Assembly: GCA_964435855.1 (NCBI GenBank)
Contig: CAYTAU010000004.1
Location: 15,297 to 79,296, forward strand
Length of the DNA stretch: 64,000 bases
Direction of reading: 5' to 3'
From: an uncultured Bacteroidales bacterium
Lineage (GTDB): Bacteria; Bacteroidota; Bacteroidia; Bacteroidales; CAYTAU01
The notes under the pieces were generated by a model. It saw only the letters and a program-made list of their open reading frames with translations, was not told the DNA's origin and made no database searches. A program made the translations under genes and the position numbers. Each line of letters opens with the position of its first letter. Positions within the stretch are counted from its first letter, which is position 1. This document shows, piece after piece, positions 10,258 through 19,040 of the stretch.

Positions 10258-10337
10258 TTTTGTGTGTACTTTGGGCTACTTTGTGGTTTAATTTTACCAC
10301 TAAGGTTCACAAAGTATTTTCACAAAGATACTCAAAG
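10258..10337. repeat. dyad-symmetric intergenic repeat built from TACTTTG / CACAAAG units
   Basis: TACTTTG occurs at 10267 and 10277, then a GTGGT..ACCAC hairpin (10283-10300). The inverse unit CACAAAG occurs at 10308 and 10321, plus CTCAAAG at 10331. Confidence 0.4.
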
Positions 10338-10458
10338 AAAAATTAAATATGTACATCCTTTTATATCAAAAACTTAATTGTGGACAATTAAGTGCGAAAC
10401 TTGAGTTAAATACAAAATCAGTATATATAATATTATTAGAAACTGCATAAGCAATTTT

Positions 10459-10974
10459 TTATTCTAAACTTTTGTAATTATTTACCCATTCTAAATTCAT
10501 CATATCTTTTAATAAACGAAAAGCATTGTCTCCATATATAAAACTGTCGATATGCTTAAATCCATATTTCTTCAAGAAATTTATTTGAGCTTCTGATGGT
10601 CCATATGTTTTTTTTGCCCAGCCAAATTCATAATCCTGACTTCTATATGGATATTCAGAATATCTAAGCATCCACAAATTATTCATTATGAGATAATTGA
10701 TCTTGTGTTCTTCAAAAAAATCTTTTTTGTCAGGATTGGCGTCAGAAATTTGTTGACCGGTAATTTGAAGCAAGAAATTTCTTCTGGTAAGATATGTAAT
10801 TTCAACTTCTCCATCTGTAAAAACACGGGCAATTCCATAATGCACCATTTCACCATACATGGTTTGTACAAGATTAAATCCTAAATAATATTTACTTTTA
10901 TCTTCCTGGCTTTTTAATGAAATGATATTGAAAAAAAAGAATAGAGATATGAAAAAAGTTAAGAAAAGTTTCAT
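10459..10974 (-). CDS. hypothetical secreted protein
   Basis: 171-aa ORF with signal peptide MKLFLTFFISLFFFFNIISLKSQ. No motif I recognise. Confidence 0.55.
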   Translation of the reverse strand: MKLFLTFFISLFFFFNIISLKSQEDKSKYYLGFNLVQTMYGEMVHYGIARVFTDGEVEITYLTRRNFLLQITGQQISDANPDKKDFFEEHKINYLIMNNLWMLRYSEYPYRSQDYEFGWAKKTYGPSEAQINFLKKYGFKHIDSFIYGDNAFRLLKDMMNLEWVNNYKSLE

Positions 10975-11023
10975 TTGTAATCGTAATATCGGGTTTTTAT
11001 GATATTATATTTAATGATTATCC

Positions 11024-11153
11024 GTAAGTATACCCAAGAAGTTGCTATCATTCCGAACTTGATGCGGAATCCAGTTGTATTTTGCAATATAATTTTGGAT
11101 TCCTGCTTTCGCAGGAATGATAAGCATTTTAACCATTTGTTAGGTAAGTATAC
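11024..11153. repeat. about 120-bp hairpin-bearing element flanked by 10-bp direct repeats (MITE-like)
   Basis: GTAAGTATAC occurs at 11024-11033 and again at 11144-11153. Between them lie two related hairpins: ATTCCG/CGGAAT (11050-11070) and ATTCCTGC-tttc-GCAGGAAT (11099-11118). The track ORFs 10971-11159 and 10999-11205 are translations of this element. Confidence 0.45.
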
Positions 11154-11205
11154 GGACATTCATATTTTATTTTATACAATTTACTATCAAAGAGATTTTG
11201 AATAA

Positions 11206-11904
11206 TTATCCTAACTCACTTATTTTTTCAAGTTCTTCAATATTATTTATTGATATTTTTCTTCCATCAATACTTATAACTTTTTCGTTTGCAAAAATTG
11301 AAAGAGTTCTAATTGCATTTGCAGTTGTCATATTAGATAAATTTGCAATATCTTCTCGTGAAAGATAAATTTTTATTGTTTTACCGTTTTCTTCTAATCC
11401 ATAAGTATCTTTCAGAAATAATAATGATTCGGCTAATCTTCCGCGAATATGTTTTTGAGTTAGAGTAATGGTTCTGCTGTTTGAAAATCCTAATTCTCTT
11501 GCAAGAGAGCGAATCATTACCAAAGAAAATTCCGAATTTGATTTTAATATTTTAAAAAGACTGTTTTTTTCTATGATACATGCAATAGAATCTTCAATTG
11601 CTATTGCTGATGCTATATGTTTTTCCTCAGCAAATAATGCTCTATAGCCAATAAAGCCAACAGGTTTTGCCATGCGCACTATTTGATCTCTACCACCTAC
11701 ACCTTCTTTAAATATTTTTACCTTTCCTTCCGAAAGACATATTAAACCACTTGGTTTGTCCCCTTCTTTAAATATTACTTCATTTTTTTTATAAGAAGTA
11801 ATTATTAGTTTTTTTGATAATTCATTTTTTTCTTCTTCAGATAAGACATTAAAAACAGATTTTGGTTCGTAAACGCAATTTCTTGATTTATTGTTATTTA
11901 CCAT
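11206..11904 (-). CDS. Crp/Fnr-family transcriptional regulator
   Basis: cNMP-binding-like beta-roll (FKEGDKPSGLICLSEGKVKIFKEG..GRDQIVR) plus a C-terminal HTH (SREDIANLSNMTTANAIRTLSIFANEKVI). 232 aa. Confidence 0.85.
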   Translation of the reverse strand: MVNNNKSRNCVYEPKSVFNVLSEEEKNELSKKLIITSYKKNEVIFKEGDKPSGLICLSEGKVKIFKEGVGGRDQIVRMAKPVGFIGYRALFAEEKHIASAIAIEDSIACIIEKNSLFKILKSNSEFSLVMIRSLARELGFSNSRTITLTQKHIRGRLAESLLFLKDTYGLEENGKTIKIYLSREDIANLSNMTTANAIRTLSIFANEKVISIDGRKISINNIEELEKISELG

Positions 11905-12000
11905 GATAATAATTTTTGTTTATATTTATAAACATTATGTTTGAAAACATGCAAAAATAAGAAAATACTTAATATTACCCAATTTTTTTAAAAAGAAACT

Positions 12001-12028
12001 GCAACCTTATTATAAAAAGTTGCGTCAT
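12001..12028 (+). promoter_or_regulatory. candidate ECF-type promoter (GCAACC-N16-CGTCAT)
   Basis: Weaker relative of the motif at 36369 and 45799: AAC core, 17-nt spacer, then CGTC. It lies about 80 nt upstream of the 12107 ATG, and a TACTTTTG -7 box sits at 12066-12073. Confidence 0.25.
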
Positions 12029-12106
12029 TAAATTAAATAGTATTTTTTTTTAAATAAAAAAATTATACTTTTGTTTTTTAAATTAATAACTAAAATTATA
12101 TGAATT

Positions 12107-14089
12107 ATGAAAAAAATTACTTTTATTATAGCTATGGTTTTAATAGCTAGTTTTACTTATGCTCAACAGGTTAATAATTTTCCTGCTGAAAAAGTTGTGA
12201 AAAATCTTAACAAAGAAAATGTTAAAATTCATACGAGCATGTCAGCACCACAGCCAAGAGCTCCGGGTGATGTAATTATATCTTATGATTTTGATGGTGC
12301 TTTACCTACAGGTTGGACAACAACAGACAATACATTGAATAATTATGTATGGATTTGGTCTGATATCGGTCCTATTGGTGCTTATACAGGATATCCAGAT
12401 TGGGACGACCCAATTGGTGCTATAGCATCAACAACAAGCGCAAATGGTTTTATGTTATTTCAGGCAGATAACTATAATACCGATCAGGGAACAGGTTTAA
12501 TAGTTACTTCTCCTGTAGATCAGGATTCTTATATTGAAACTGAATCTATTGATTTTACAGGTGAACCATCAGTTCTTTTAACTTTTCAGCAAAGATTTAG
12601 AATTTGTTGTATGTGGGATACAAATGCAGATTTGTATGTTGAAGTTACCAATAATGGTGGTGCTACATGGACAGCTTATGAAGTAGGTTCAATTTTTGCT
12701 GAAATAAATGATCATTCTTGTGGTTTTACAGAAGTTAATCAGGTTGAATTAAATATTTCTGATATTGCAGGTAACCAATCAGCTGTTTCTGTTAGATTTC
12801 ATATGCTTGGAGTTAGTCATTATTACTGGATGATTGATGATGTTGAATTTATTGAAGGATATGCTAATGATATTATTTTAGTAAAAGATTATGCTCATGT
12901 TTTTATGTTATCAAATGGTTTTTACGGACAAATACCATTAACACAAAGCAGATATATGCCAATAGCATTTGAAACCGCAATTTATAATAATGGTGCTAAT
13001 GCAGCAACAAATGTAGCTTTAAATGTAGATATTACAAGATCAGGAGATTCTTGTTATTCGGAAAACAGTCATGCAGAGTATCCCTTACCTAGCTTACTAA
13101 CTTTAGGAAGAGATTCAATAACTCTTGGTGTAGATATACCAGGTTCTGTTTGGTTACCAACAGCATTTAGTGCTGATAATTTTGGCACTTATGAATTTAC
13201 GTATAGCCTTTTAATGGATTCTGTTGACCAAAATACTGCAAATGAAACCGCATCCCGTAGTATTTTGATAACAGAAAACACTTATGCACGTGATGGTGGT
13301 ATTTTAACAGGTAGAGTTAGTCCATCAGGCTGGGTAAGTGGAGGAACTGATGGTGATATGTTCGCTGCTTCTTATGATATAAACAATGATACAGCAGAAG
13401 TATGTACAATAAGTGGGGGTGGAACACCAAGTGAAATAAATTCACTTACATTCTATGTTCATCCAAAAACTACTGTTACTGCACCAACGCCATCAATTAG
13501 GGGTGCAATCTGGATGTATGATGGAGCGGGAAATTCTTTCAGTGAAATTCTTACTACCGATTTTTATGATATTCAGGCAGCAGATACATCAAAATGGGTA
13601 ACTCTTGATATACAAAAAGATGGATTTTCAGAATTTTTAATTAACGGATTTTATTTGGCAGTTCTTGAAATAACTTCATATAATGGTGGTGATTTCTATA
13701 TTGGTGAAGATGGTGAATCTCCACAAGGTACAATGGGAACTTTCTGGAAAATGGCAGCAGATGCAGATTTTGCACAATTTGCAAATTATGCAAAAAGCAT
13801 AATGTTGCGAGCTGTTTTCGAGCCTTGTATTGAAAATAGTATAAATACAATTTTAAAATTAGAAAATGTAAAAATGTTTCCAAATCCAACAACAGGTATG
13901 TTAAATATTAGCAATGCAGATGGCGCTACTGTTTATATTTATAATATTATGGGAGATATTGTAAAAACAGTTGAGCAAATTAATAATACCAGTAGAATTG
14001 ATATTTCTGGTTTATCTAATGGTAATTACATTGTAAAAGTTGTTGCAGACCAAGGCATTTCAACACAAAAAATTACTTTAGTTAAGTAA
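12107..14089 (+). CDS. T9SS cargo protein (secreted; type-A C-terminal sorting domain; N-terminal domain possibly MAM/choice-of-anchor-like)
   Basis: Signal peptide MKKITFIIAMVLIASFTYAQQ. The C-terminus MFPNPTTGMLNISNADGATVYIYNIMGDIVKTVE...GLSNGNYIVKVVADQGISTQKITLVK is a typical Por secretion tail. YWMIDDVEFIE suggests a MAM/choice-of-anchor-like domain (tentative). Confidence 0.85.
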   Translation: MKKITFIIAMVLIASFTYAQQVNNFPAEKVVKNLNKENVKIHTSMSAPQPRAPGDVIISYDFDGALPTGWTTTDNTLNNYVWIWSDIGPIGAYTGYPDWDDPIGAIASTTSANGFMLFQADNYNTDQGTGLIVTSPVDQDSYIETESIDFTGEPSVLLTFQQRFRICCMWDTNADLYVEVTNNGGATWTAYEVGSIFAEINDHSCGFTEVNQVELNISDIAGNQSAVSVRFHMLGVSHYYWMIDDVEFIEGYANDIILVKDYAHVFMLSNGFYGQIPLTQSRYMPIAFETAIYNNGANAATNVALNVDITRSGDSCYSENSHAEYPLPSLLTLGRDSITLGVDIPGSVWLPTAFSADNFGTYEFTYSLLMDSVDQNTANETASRSILITENTYARDGGILTGRVSPSGWVSGGTDGDMFAASYDINNDTAEVCTISGGGTPSEINSLTFYVHPKTTVTAPTPSIRGAIWMYDGAGNSFSEILTTDFYDIQAADTSKWVTLDIQKDGFSEFLINGFYLAVLEITSYNGGDFYIGEDGESPQGTMGTFWKMAADADFAQFANYAKSIMLRAVFEPCIENSINTILKLENVKMFPNPTTGMLNISNADGATVYIYNIMGDIVKTVEQINNTSRIDISGLSNGNYIVKVVADQGISTQKITLVK

Positions 14090-14113
14090 AATATAATTGA
14101 TTGTATTAAAAAA

Positions 14114-14140
14114 AGCTCCGAAATTCGGAGCTTTTTTTTT
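14114..14140 (+). terminator. rho-independent terminator
   Basis: AGCTCCGAAATTCGGAGCT hairpin followed by T9, 25 nt after the stop codon at 14087-14089. Confidence 0.8.
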
Positions 14141-14161
14141 GAAAATAAAATCATAAAAAAC

Positions 14162-14225
14162 CAGCGTTAATCAGCGTAAAAAAAAAGAAAAATAAACCAT
14201 AAAGATCAGTGTTAATCAGTATCTG
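14162..14225. repeat. short intergenic direct repeats CAG(C/T)GTTAATCAG(C/T)
   Basis: CAGCGTTAATCAGCGT occurs at 14162 and CAGTGTTAATCAGTAT at 14208, separated by an A-rich spacer. Confidence 0.4.
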
Positions 14226-14240
14226 AAATTTAATAGGAAA

Positions 14241-14867
14241 ATGATAATTAAAACAGCAGAATTTGTTATTAGTAATACCGACTTAAAAAAATTACCTGAG
14301 TCTGTTATGCACGAATATGCTTTTATTGGCAGGTCAAATGTTGGTAAATCTTCTCTAATAAACATGCTCACAAATCATAAAAAACTTGCTAAAACATCTT
14401 CAACACCGGGAAAAACAAGATTAATAAATCATTTTCTTATAAATAAAAGCTGGTATATTGTTGATTTACCCGGTTACGGATATGCAAAAGTATCAAAAGT
14501 TGAAAGAGCAAAATGGCAGAAGTTTATTAATACATATATTAATAGAAGAAAAAATTTAATAAATGTTTTTCTTTTAATTGATATTAGACATAAGCCAATT
14601 GAAAGTGATTTGGAATTTATAAACCGGTTAGGTGAAATGGAAATTCCATTTATAATAGTTTTTACAAAATCAGATAAATTAACTTTTTCAGAACTTGAAA
14701 AAAATATTAGTATTTATAAAAATAAATTATTGGAAACCTGGCAGGAACATCCACGCATGATTGTAACATCTTCTATGAAAAAAGTAGGAAAAGACGAAAT
14801 TCTTGATTTTATTGAAGAAACAAATAAAATTGATAACCTTTTACTATCGGGTACTCAGGATCAATAA
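14241..14867 (+). CDS. engB: ribosome-biogenesis GTPase YsxC/EngB
   Basis: FIGRSNVGKSSLINMLT (G1), DLPGYGYAKVSK (G3 region) and TKSDKL (G4). 208 aa. Confidence 0.9.
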   Translation: MIIKTAEFVISNTDLKKLPESVMHEYAFIGRSNVGKSSLINMLTNHKKLAKTSSTPGKTRLINHFLINKSWYIVDLPGYGYAKVSKVERAKWQKFINTYINRRKNLINVFLLIDIRHKPIESDLEFINRLGEMEIPFIIVFTKSDKLTFSELEKNISIYKNKLLETWQEHPRMIVTSSMKKVGKDEILDFIEETNKIDNLLLSGTQDQ

Positions 14868-14902
14868 AGAACATAACATAGTAAATTGATTGAAAAATTT
14901 TT

Positions 14903-14962
14903 AAGTTGACAGTAGGCAATTGATAGTTGACAATTTTGCCTATTGTTAATTGTCAACTTTTT
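14903..14962 (+). terminator. palindromic repeat (GTTGACAG/GGCAATT family, copy A) acting as the likely engB terminator
   Basis: AAGTTGACA (14903-14911) pairs with TGTCAACTT (14951-14959), and an inner TAGGCAA pairs with TTGCCTA. The hairpin is followed by TTTTT. The sequence is related to the copy at 20293-20363. Confidence 0.55.
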
Positions 14963-15133
14963 ACTTCAATATTTAAATCACAGTGTATGAAAAACGTAAT
15001 CAGCCATTTAGGGCTTGCGGGCAATTGCTGGAATTGTTGAAACATAGTGCATAAAAATCTAGATCATTTTTTTTTAATTAATATTATTATTTGTTAATTT
15101 ATACCTTTGTAAATAAATAAAAAATATTAAACA

Positions 15134-16072
15134 ATGTCAGTAAATTCCCCAATTAAGGTTTTTGCATGTTCTGCTTCAAAAAATATTGGAGAGAAGATAA
15201 CTGAAAATTATGGTATTAAATTAGGCAAGACTTCATTTTTGAAATTTATGGATGGTGAATTTCAGCCTTCTTATGATGAATCTGTTAGGGGAGCAACAGT
15301 TTTTATTATTCAATCTACTTTTCCTCCAACTGAAAACCTTTTTGAATTGCTTTTATTAATTGATGCGGCAAGAAGAGCATCTGCGTATAAAATTGTAGCA
15401 GTGATTCCTTATTTTGGTTTTGCCAGACAAGACAGGAAAGATAAACCAAGAGTTTCTATTGGTGCAAAATTGATTGCAAATTTACTTTGTGCCGCAGGAG
15501 TTGACAGGGTTATGACAATGGATTTACATGCCGATCAGATACAAGGATTTTTTGATGTTCCGGTTGATCATTTGTATGCATCATCAATTTTTGTTCCATA
15601 TATTAAAAGTTTAAATTTAGAAACCTTATCAATGGCATCACCCGATATGGGAGGAGCAAAAAGAGTAAATGCATACTCTAAATATTTTAATACCCCAATG
15701 ATATTTTGTCATAAATCTCGTAAAAAGGCTAATGTTGTTGGTGAAATGACTGCAATTGGTGATGTTGAGGGCAGGAACATTATTATATTAGATGATATGA
15801 TAGATACTGGAGGAACAATTACCAAAGCTGCTGATATGATGATGGATAAAGGAGCCAAAAGTGTAAGGGCAATAATAACTCATCCTATATTATCAGGACC
15901 TGCTTATGAAAGAATTGAAAAATCATCTTTAAAAGAATTAGTAGTTGCCGATACTATACCACTTAAGCAAAAGTGTGATAAAATAAAAGTTTTATCTATT
16001 GCAAAAATATTTTCGGAAGTAATAAACAATGTATATAATTATAAATCAATAAGTGATAAATTTGTAATTTGA
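15134..16072 (+). CDS. prs: ribose-phosphate pyrophosphokinase
   Basis: YFGFARQDRKDKPR, DLHADQIQGFFDVPVDHL and IIILDDMIDTGGTI (PRPP-binding loop). 312 aa. A TACCTTTG -7 box sits at 15102-15109. Confidence 0.95.
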   Translation: MSVNSPIKVFACSASKNIGEKITENYGIKLGKTSFLKFMDGEFQPSYDESVRGATVFIIQSTFPPTENLFELLLLIDAARRASAYKIVAVIPYFGFARQDRKDKPRVSIGAKLIANLLCAAGVDRVMTMDLHADQIQGFFDVPVDHLYASSIFVPYIKSLNLETLSMASPDMGGAKRVNAYSKYFNTPMIFCHKSRKKANVVGEMTAIGDVEGRNIIILDDMIDTGGTITKAADMMMDKGAKSVRAIITHPILSGPAYERIEKSSLKELVVADTIPLKQKCDKIKVLSIAKIFSEVINNVYNYKSISDKFVI

Positions 16073-16171
16073 TTATATTAAAATAAAATCAGGTTTGTAA
16101 ATAATAATCGCATTAAACCATTGTAAAAGATGATTTTGGAATTTTAATAATTATAAATTATTTTTTTAATA

Positions 16172-16705
16172 ATGTTTAAAAAAAAAGAAAAAAAAGTTGT
16201 TCTATATTTTGTTGATGATGATGAATTACACTTAAAAATTATTCAGGGAAAATTTAATACATCCTCAAATTATGAATTTTATTCATATAAAACAGGTGAA
16301 GAGTTTCTTGATAACCTTATAAAAAAGAAAATCCAAAAAAATATTTATCAAATTGTTATTCTTGATTATTACTTAAATAGCAATGAAAATAGTGATGCCA
16401 AAAACGGCATTGAAATTTTAAAAATAGTTAAAGAAATAAAACCTTCTATTGAGGTAATTATGTTATCTGCGATGGATGATGTCAACATAGTTACAACAGC
16501 AATGCATTATGGTGCAATTACATTTGTAAAAAAAAATGAGAACTGTTTTACCAGAATTCAGAATAATATAAATTGGATAATTAGCCAAAAAGACCTTGAA
16601 AGCAAAAAACGCTCTCATAGAATAACAAGATATTTCTTTTTTGTAGTTTTATCAGTTATTATTGTTGCTTCATTATTGTATATTATGGTAGAGTATTCCC
16701 GTTAA
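16172..16705 (+). CDS. stand-alone receiver domain with a C-terminal transmembrane anchor
   Basis: REC signatures are LYFVDDDELH, QIVILDYYLN (acceptor Asp), VIMLSAMDD and ITFVKK. The C-terminal hydrophobic helix is YFFFVVLSVIIVASLLYIMV. Confidence 0.75.
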   Translation: MFKKKEKKVVLYFVDDDELHLKIIQGKFNTSSNYEFYSYKTGEEFLDNLIKKKIQKNIYQIVILDYYLNSNENSDAKNGIEILKIVKEIKPSIEVIMLSAMDDVNIVTTAMHYGAITFVKKNENCFTRIQNNINWIISQKDLESKKRSHRITRYFFFVVLSVIIVASLLYIMVEYSR

Positions 16706-18897
16706 TTTATTTTTAGTCCAATTATTAAAATGTCGTCAAGTTGTGCTAAATTGCCTTTCCATGTATTAAAATTATTTTCAAGAATCTTTTTTTGTTTCTT
16801 CATATTTTCGTTATGAATTTCTAAAAGTAGTTTTTTGAAATTTTTCGATTTTAATTTATGACCATATTCTCCTCCAAATTGGTCAATATAACCATCTGAA
16901 AATAAGTATAAAATATCATCTTTATTAATTTTTATTTTGTGGTTTGTAAAAGGCACATCTTGTTTTGGCGATACACTAACAGGCATTCTGTCTGCTTTAA
17001 ATATTTCTAATTCATTGTTTCTTATTATGTATAAATGATTGTGTGCTCCTGCAAATTCTACCATGTTATTATCAGTATCTATAGTGCAAACAGAAATATC
17101 CATTCCGTCTTTAACTATTTGTGACATATTTTCAATTTTATTATAATCAATTTTAGTTTGATGAAGAGAATCAATTATATTCTTTCTTAAAAGGTCAAGA
17201 ATATCAGAAGGTTTTAAGATGTTTTTTTCAATAACAATTTCGTTTAAAAATGTAATTCCTATCAAGCTCATAAAAGCACCGGGTACTCCATGTCCTGTAC
17301 AATCTGCTGCAGCAATAATAATTTTATTATTAAACTTATGAAACCAGTAAAAATCACCACTTACAATATCGCGGGGAAGAAATAAAATAAAACTTTCCGG
17401 TAAAATGTTATGCAAATCGTTCTCGACAGGCAGCATTGCAGTTTGAATACGCTTTGCATATTCAATACTATCTGTTATGTCTTTATTCTGATCAAAAATT
17501 GCATCTCTTTGTGATTCAATTTCATCTTTTTGAGTTTCTATTTCTTCTTTTTGTTGTGATATTTCTTCATTTCTTAAAGCAAGTTGTATATTTTTTTTCT
17601 TTTTATCGCAAAATTGCTTGTAAAAAACAATGAAAAATATAAGAATAAGTATTATTCCAATTATAATTACATAAATAATAATTCGTTGTTTATTGATTTG
17701 TGCCTGATTTTTTTCAATTTCTAATTTTTGTAATTTTTTATCTTTATTTAACAGTTCAATTTTTTTTTCTTTTTTTTCTGTTTCAAATTGTGTTATTAAC
17801 TCAGATAATTTTTCCTGTTCAGCAATATCGTATATAGAATCGTGAATTAGCAAATATTCTTCATGCGATAATAGAGCATTTTTATAATCTCCAATATCTT
17901 TATATGTCGAGTACATGTGATAATTTGCACCCTCTTCATATTTAATTGAATTTAATTCTTTGGATAATTGCAATGTTTCTTTAAAAAATTCAAGTGCTAA
18001 TTTTGGTTTATTAAGTTTATTATAAGCTTTACCAATACCGGAAATACAAAGAATAATATCTTCTTTAAAATCATATTCTTTAAAAATTGCTAAAGCACGG
18101 CTATATTCATTAATTGCATCGTTGTAATCTTCTTGGTATAAATAAATATCTCCAATATTTGCAAGACATTGTGCAAAATGTCTTTTATATCCTAACTCTT
18201 TAAAGGTTTTATAGGCTTTTGAAAAATATAAAATTGCATTCTCATATAGTTTTTTTCTTTTGTAAATAATACCTATATTCATTGATGTTGTAGCGTAAAC
18301 ACCTTTTTTCCCCAATTTTTTGAATATTTTATAAGCCATTTTGTAATATTCTAATGCTTCATCATATTTATCTAACATTAAATATAAATTTCCAATTGTA
18401 GCATGTATCATTGCAATTCCATTTTCATTATTTAAAGCTTCAAATATATTTAGCGCTTTCCAATAATTTTCCAGAGCTTTGTCTTCTACAACTTCACGAT
18501 AGTAAGTATTACCAATATTACCATAAGCACGTGCAATATTAATAGAATCTTGTTTTTTTATTGAATATTCTAAAAATTCGTTATAATATTTTCTGGCAAT
18601 TTTATAATTCCCTTTTTCAATTTGTAGTATGCCAAGATTACTAGCCGCTGTATTTTTTCTTTTTATATCATTAAGGCTATCAGCTAATAAATAGGCTTCT
18701 TCAGACCATTTAATACTGTTTGCAGGATCTGAATACATTTCATCATAAGTAAGTTGATTTAATACGTCAATTCTTAAGGTGTCTTTTGCTTTGACTAGCA
18801 ATTGTTTTAAACTGTCAATTTTAGAATTTTGAGAAAATGATATAAAACTTACTAAAAATAAGAAAATAAAAGGTATATACTTTTTTATTGAAATCAA
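16702..18897 (-). CDS. TPR-repeat / transmembrane / coiled-coil / PP2C-type (SpoIIE) serine phosphatase
   Basis: Signal peptide, then many TPR units (Y..A...Y.KAL.I) and a TM helix IIIYVIIIGIILILIFFIVF. A Q/E-rich coiled coil follows. SpoIIE motifs are VSGDFYWF, AAADCTGHGVPGAFMS, DGMDISV and LFSDGYIDQFGG. Confidence 0.85.
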   Translation of the reverse strand: MISIKKYIPFIFLFLVSFISFSQNSKIDSLKQLLVKAKDTLRIDVLNQLTYDEMYSDPANSIKWSEEAYLLADSLNDIKRKNTAASNLGILQIEKGNYKIARKYYNEFLEYSIKKQDSINIARAYGNIGNTYYREVVEDKALENYWKALNIFEALNNENGIAMIHATIGNLYLMLDKYDEALEYYKMAYKIFKKLGKKGVYATTSMNIGIIYKRKKLYENAILYFSKAYKTFKELGYKRHFAQCLANIGDIYLYQEDYNDAINEYSRALAIFKEYDFKEDIILCISGIGKAYNKLNKPKLALEFFKETLQLSKELNSIKYEEGANYHMYSTYKDIGDYKNALLSHEEYLLIHDSIYDIAEQEKLSELITQFETEKKEKKIELLNKDKKLQKLEIEKNQAQINKQRIIIYVIIIGIILILIFFIVFYKQFCDKKKKNIQLALRNEEISQQKEEIETQKDEIESQRDAIFDQNKDITDSIEYAKRIQTAMLPVENDLHNILPESFILFLPRDIVSGDFYWFHKFNNKIIIAAADCTGHGVPGAFMSLIGITFLNEIVIEKNILKPSDILDLLRKNIIDSLHQTKIDYNKIENMSQIVKDGMDISVCTIDTDNNMVEFAGAHNHLYIIRNNELEIFKADRMPVSVSPKQDVPFTNHKIKINKDDILYLFSDGYIDQFGGEYGHKLKSKNFKKLLLEIHNENMKKQKKILENNFNTWKGNLAQLDDILIIGLKIN

Positions 18898-19040
18898 TTG
18901 TATAGAAATTTTTATTTTGCAAAATTGTTAAAAATAAATAACTATAAAAAATGAGAAAGGGTATATCGTGAATGTTTTTTATATTGTCGGTATTATGATT
19001 TAAGAATTTTATGTAATTTTGCATACTAGTTTAAAACAAT

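Noticed and set aside
10971-11205. ORFs of 62 and 68 aa in the spacer between the hypothetical gene and the Crp/Fnr gene
   Set aside because: They are translations of the hairpin repeat element (..FLRKQES.. / ..CFRRNDK..). They overlap each other on opposite strands and have no start context.
14162-14225. CRISPR-like appearance of short repeats here and in other spacers
   Set aside because: There are only two units of about 16 nt, with no regular repeat-spacer periodicity and no cas genes in the window. No CRISPR array is present anywhere in the 64 kb.
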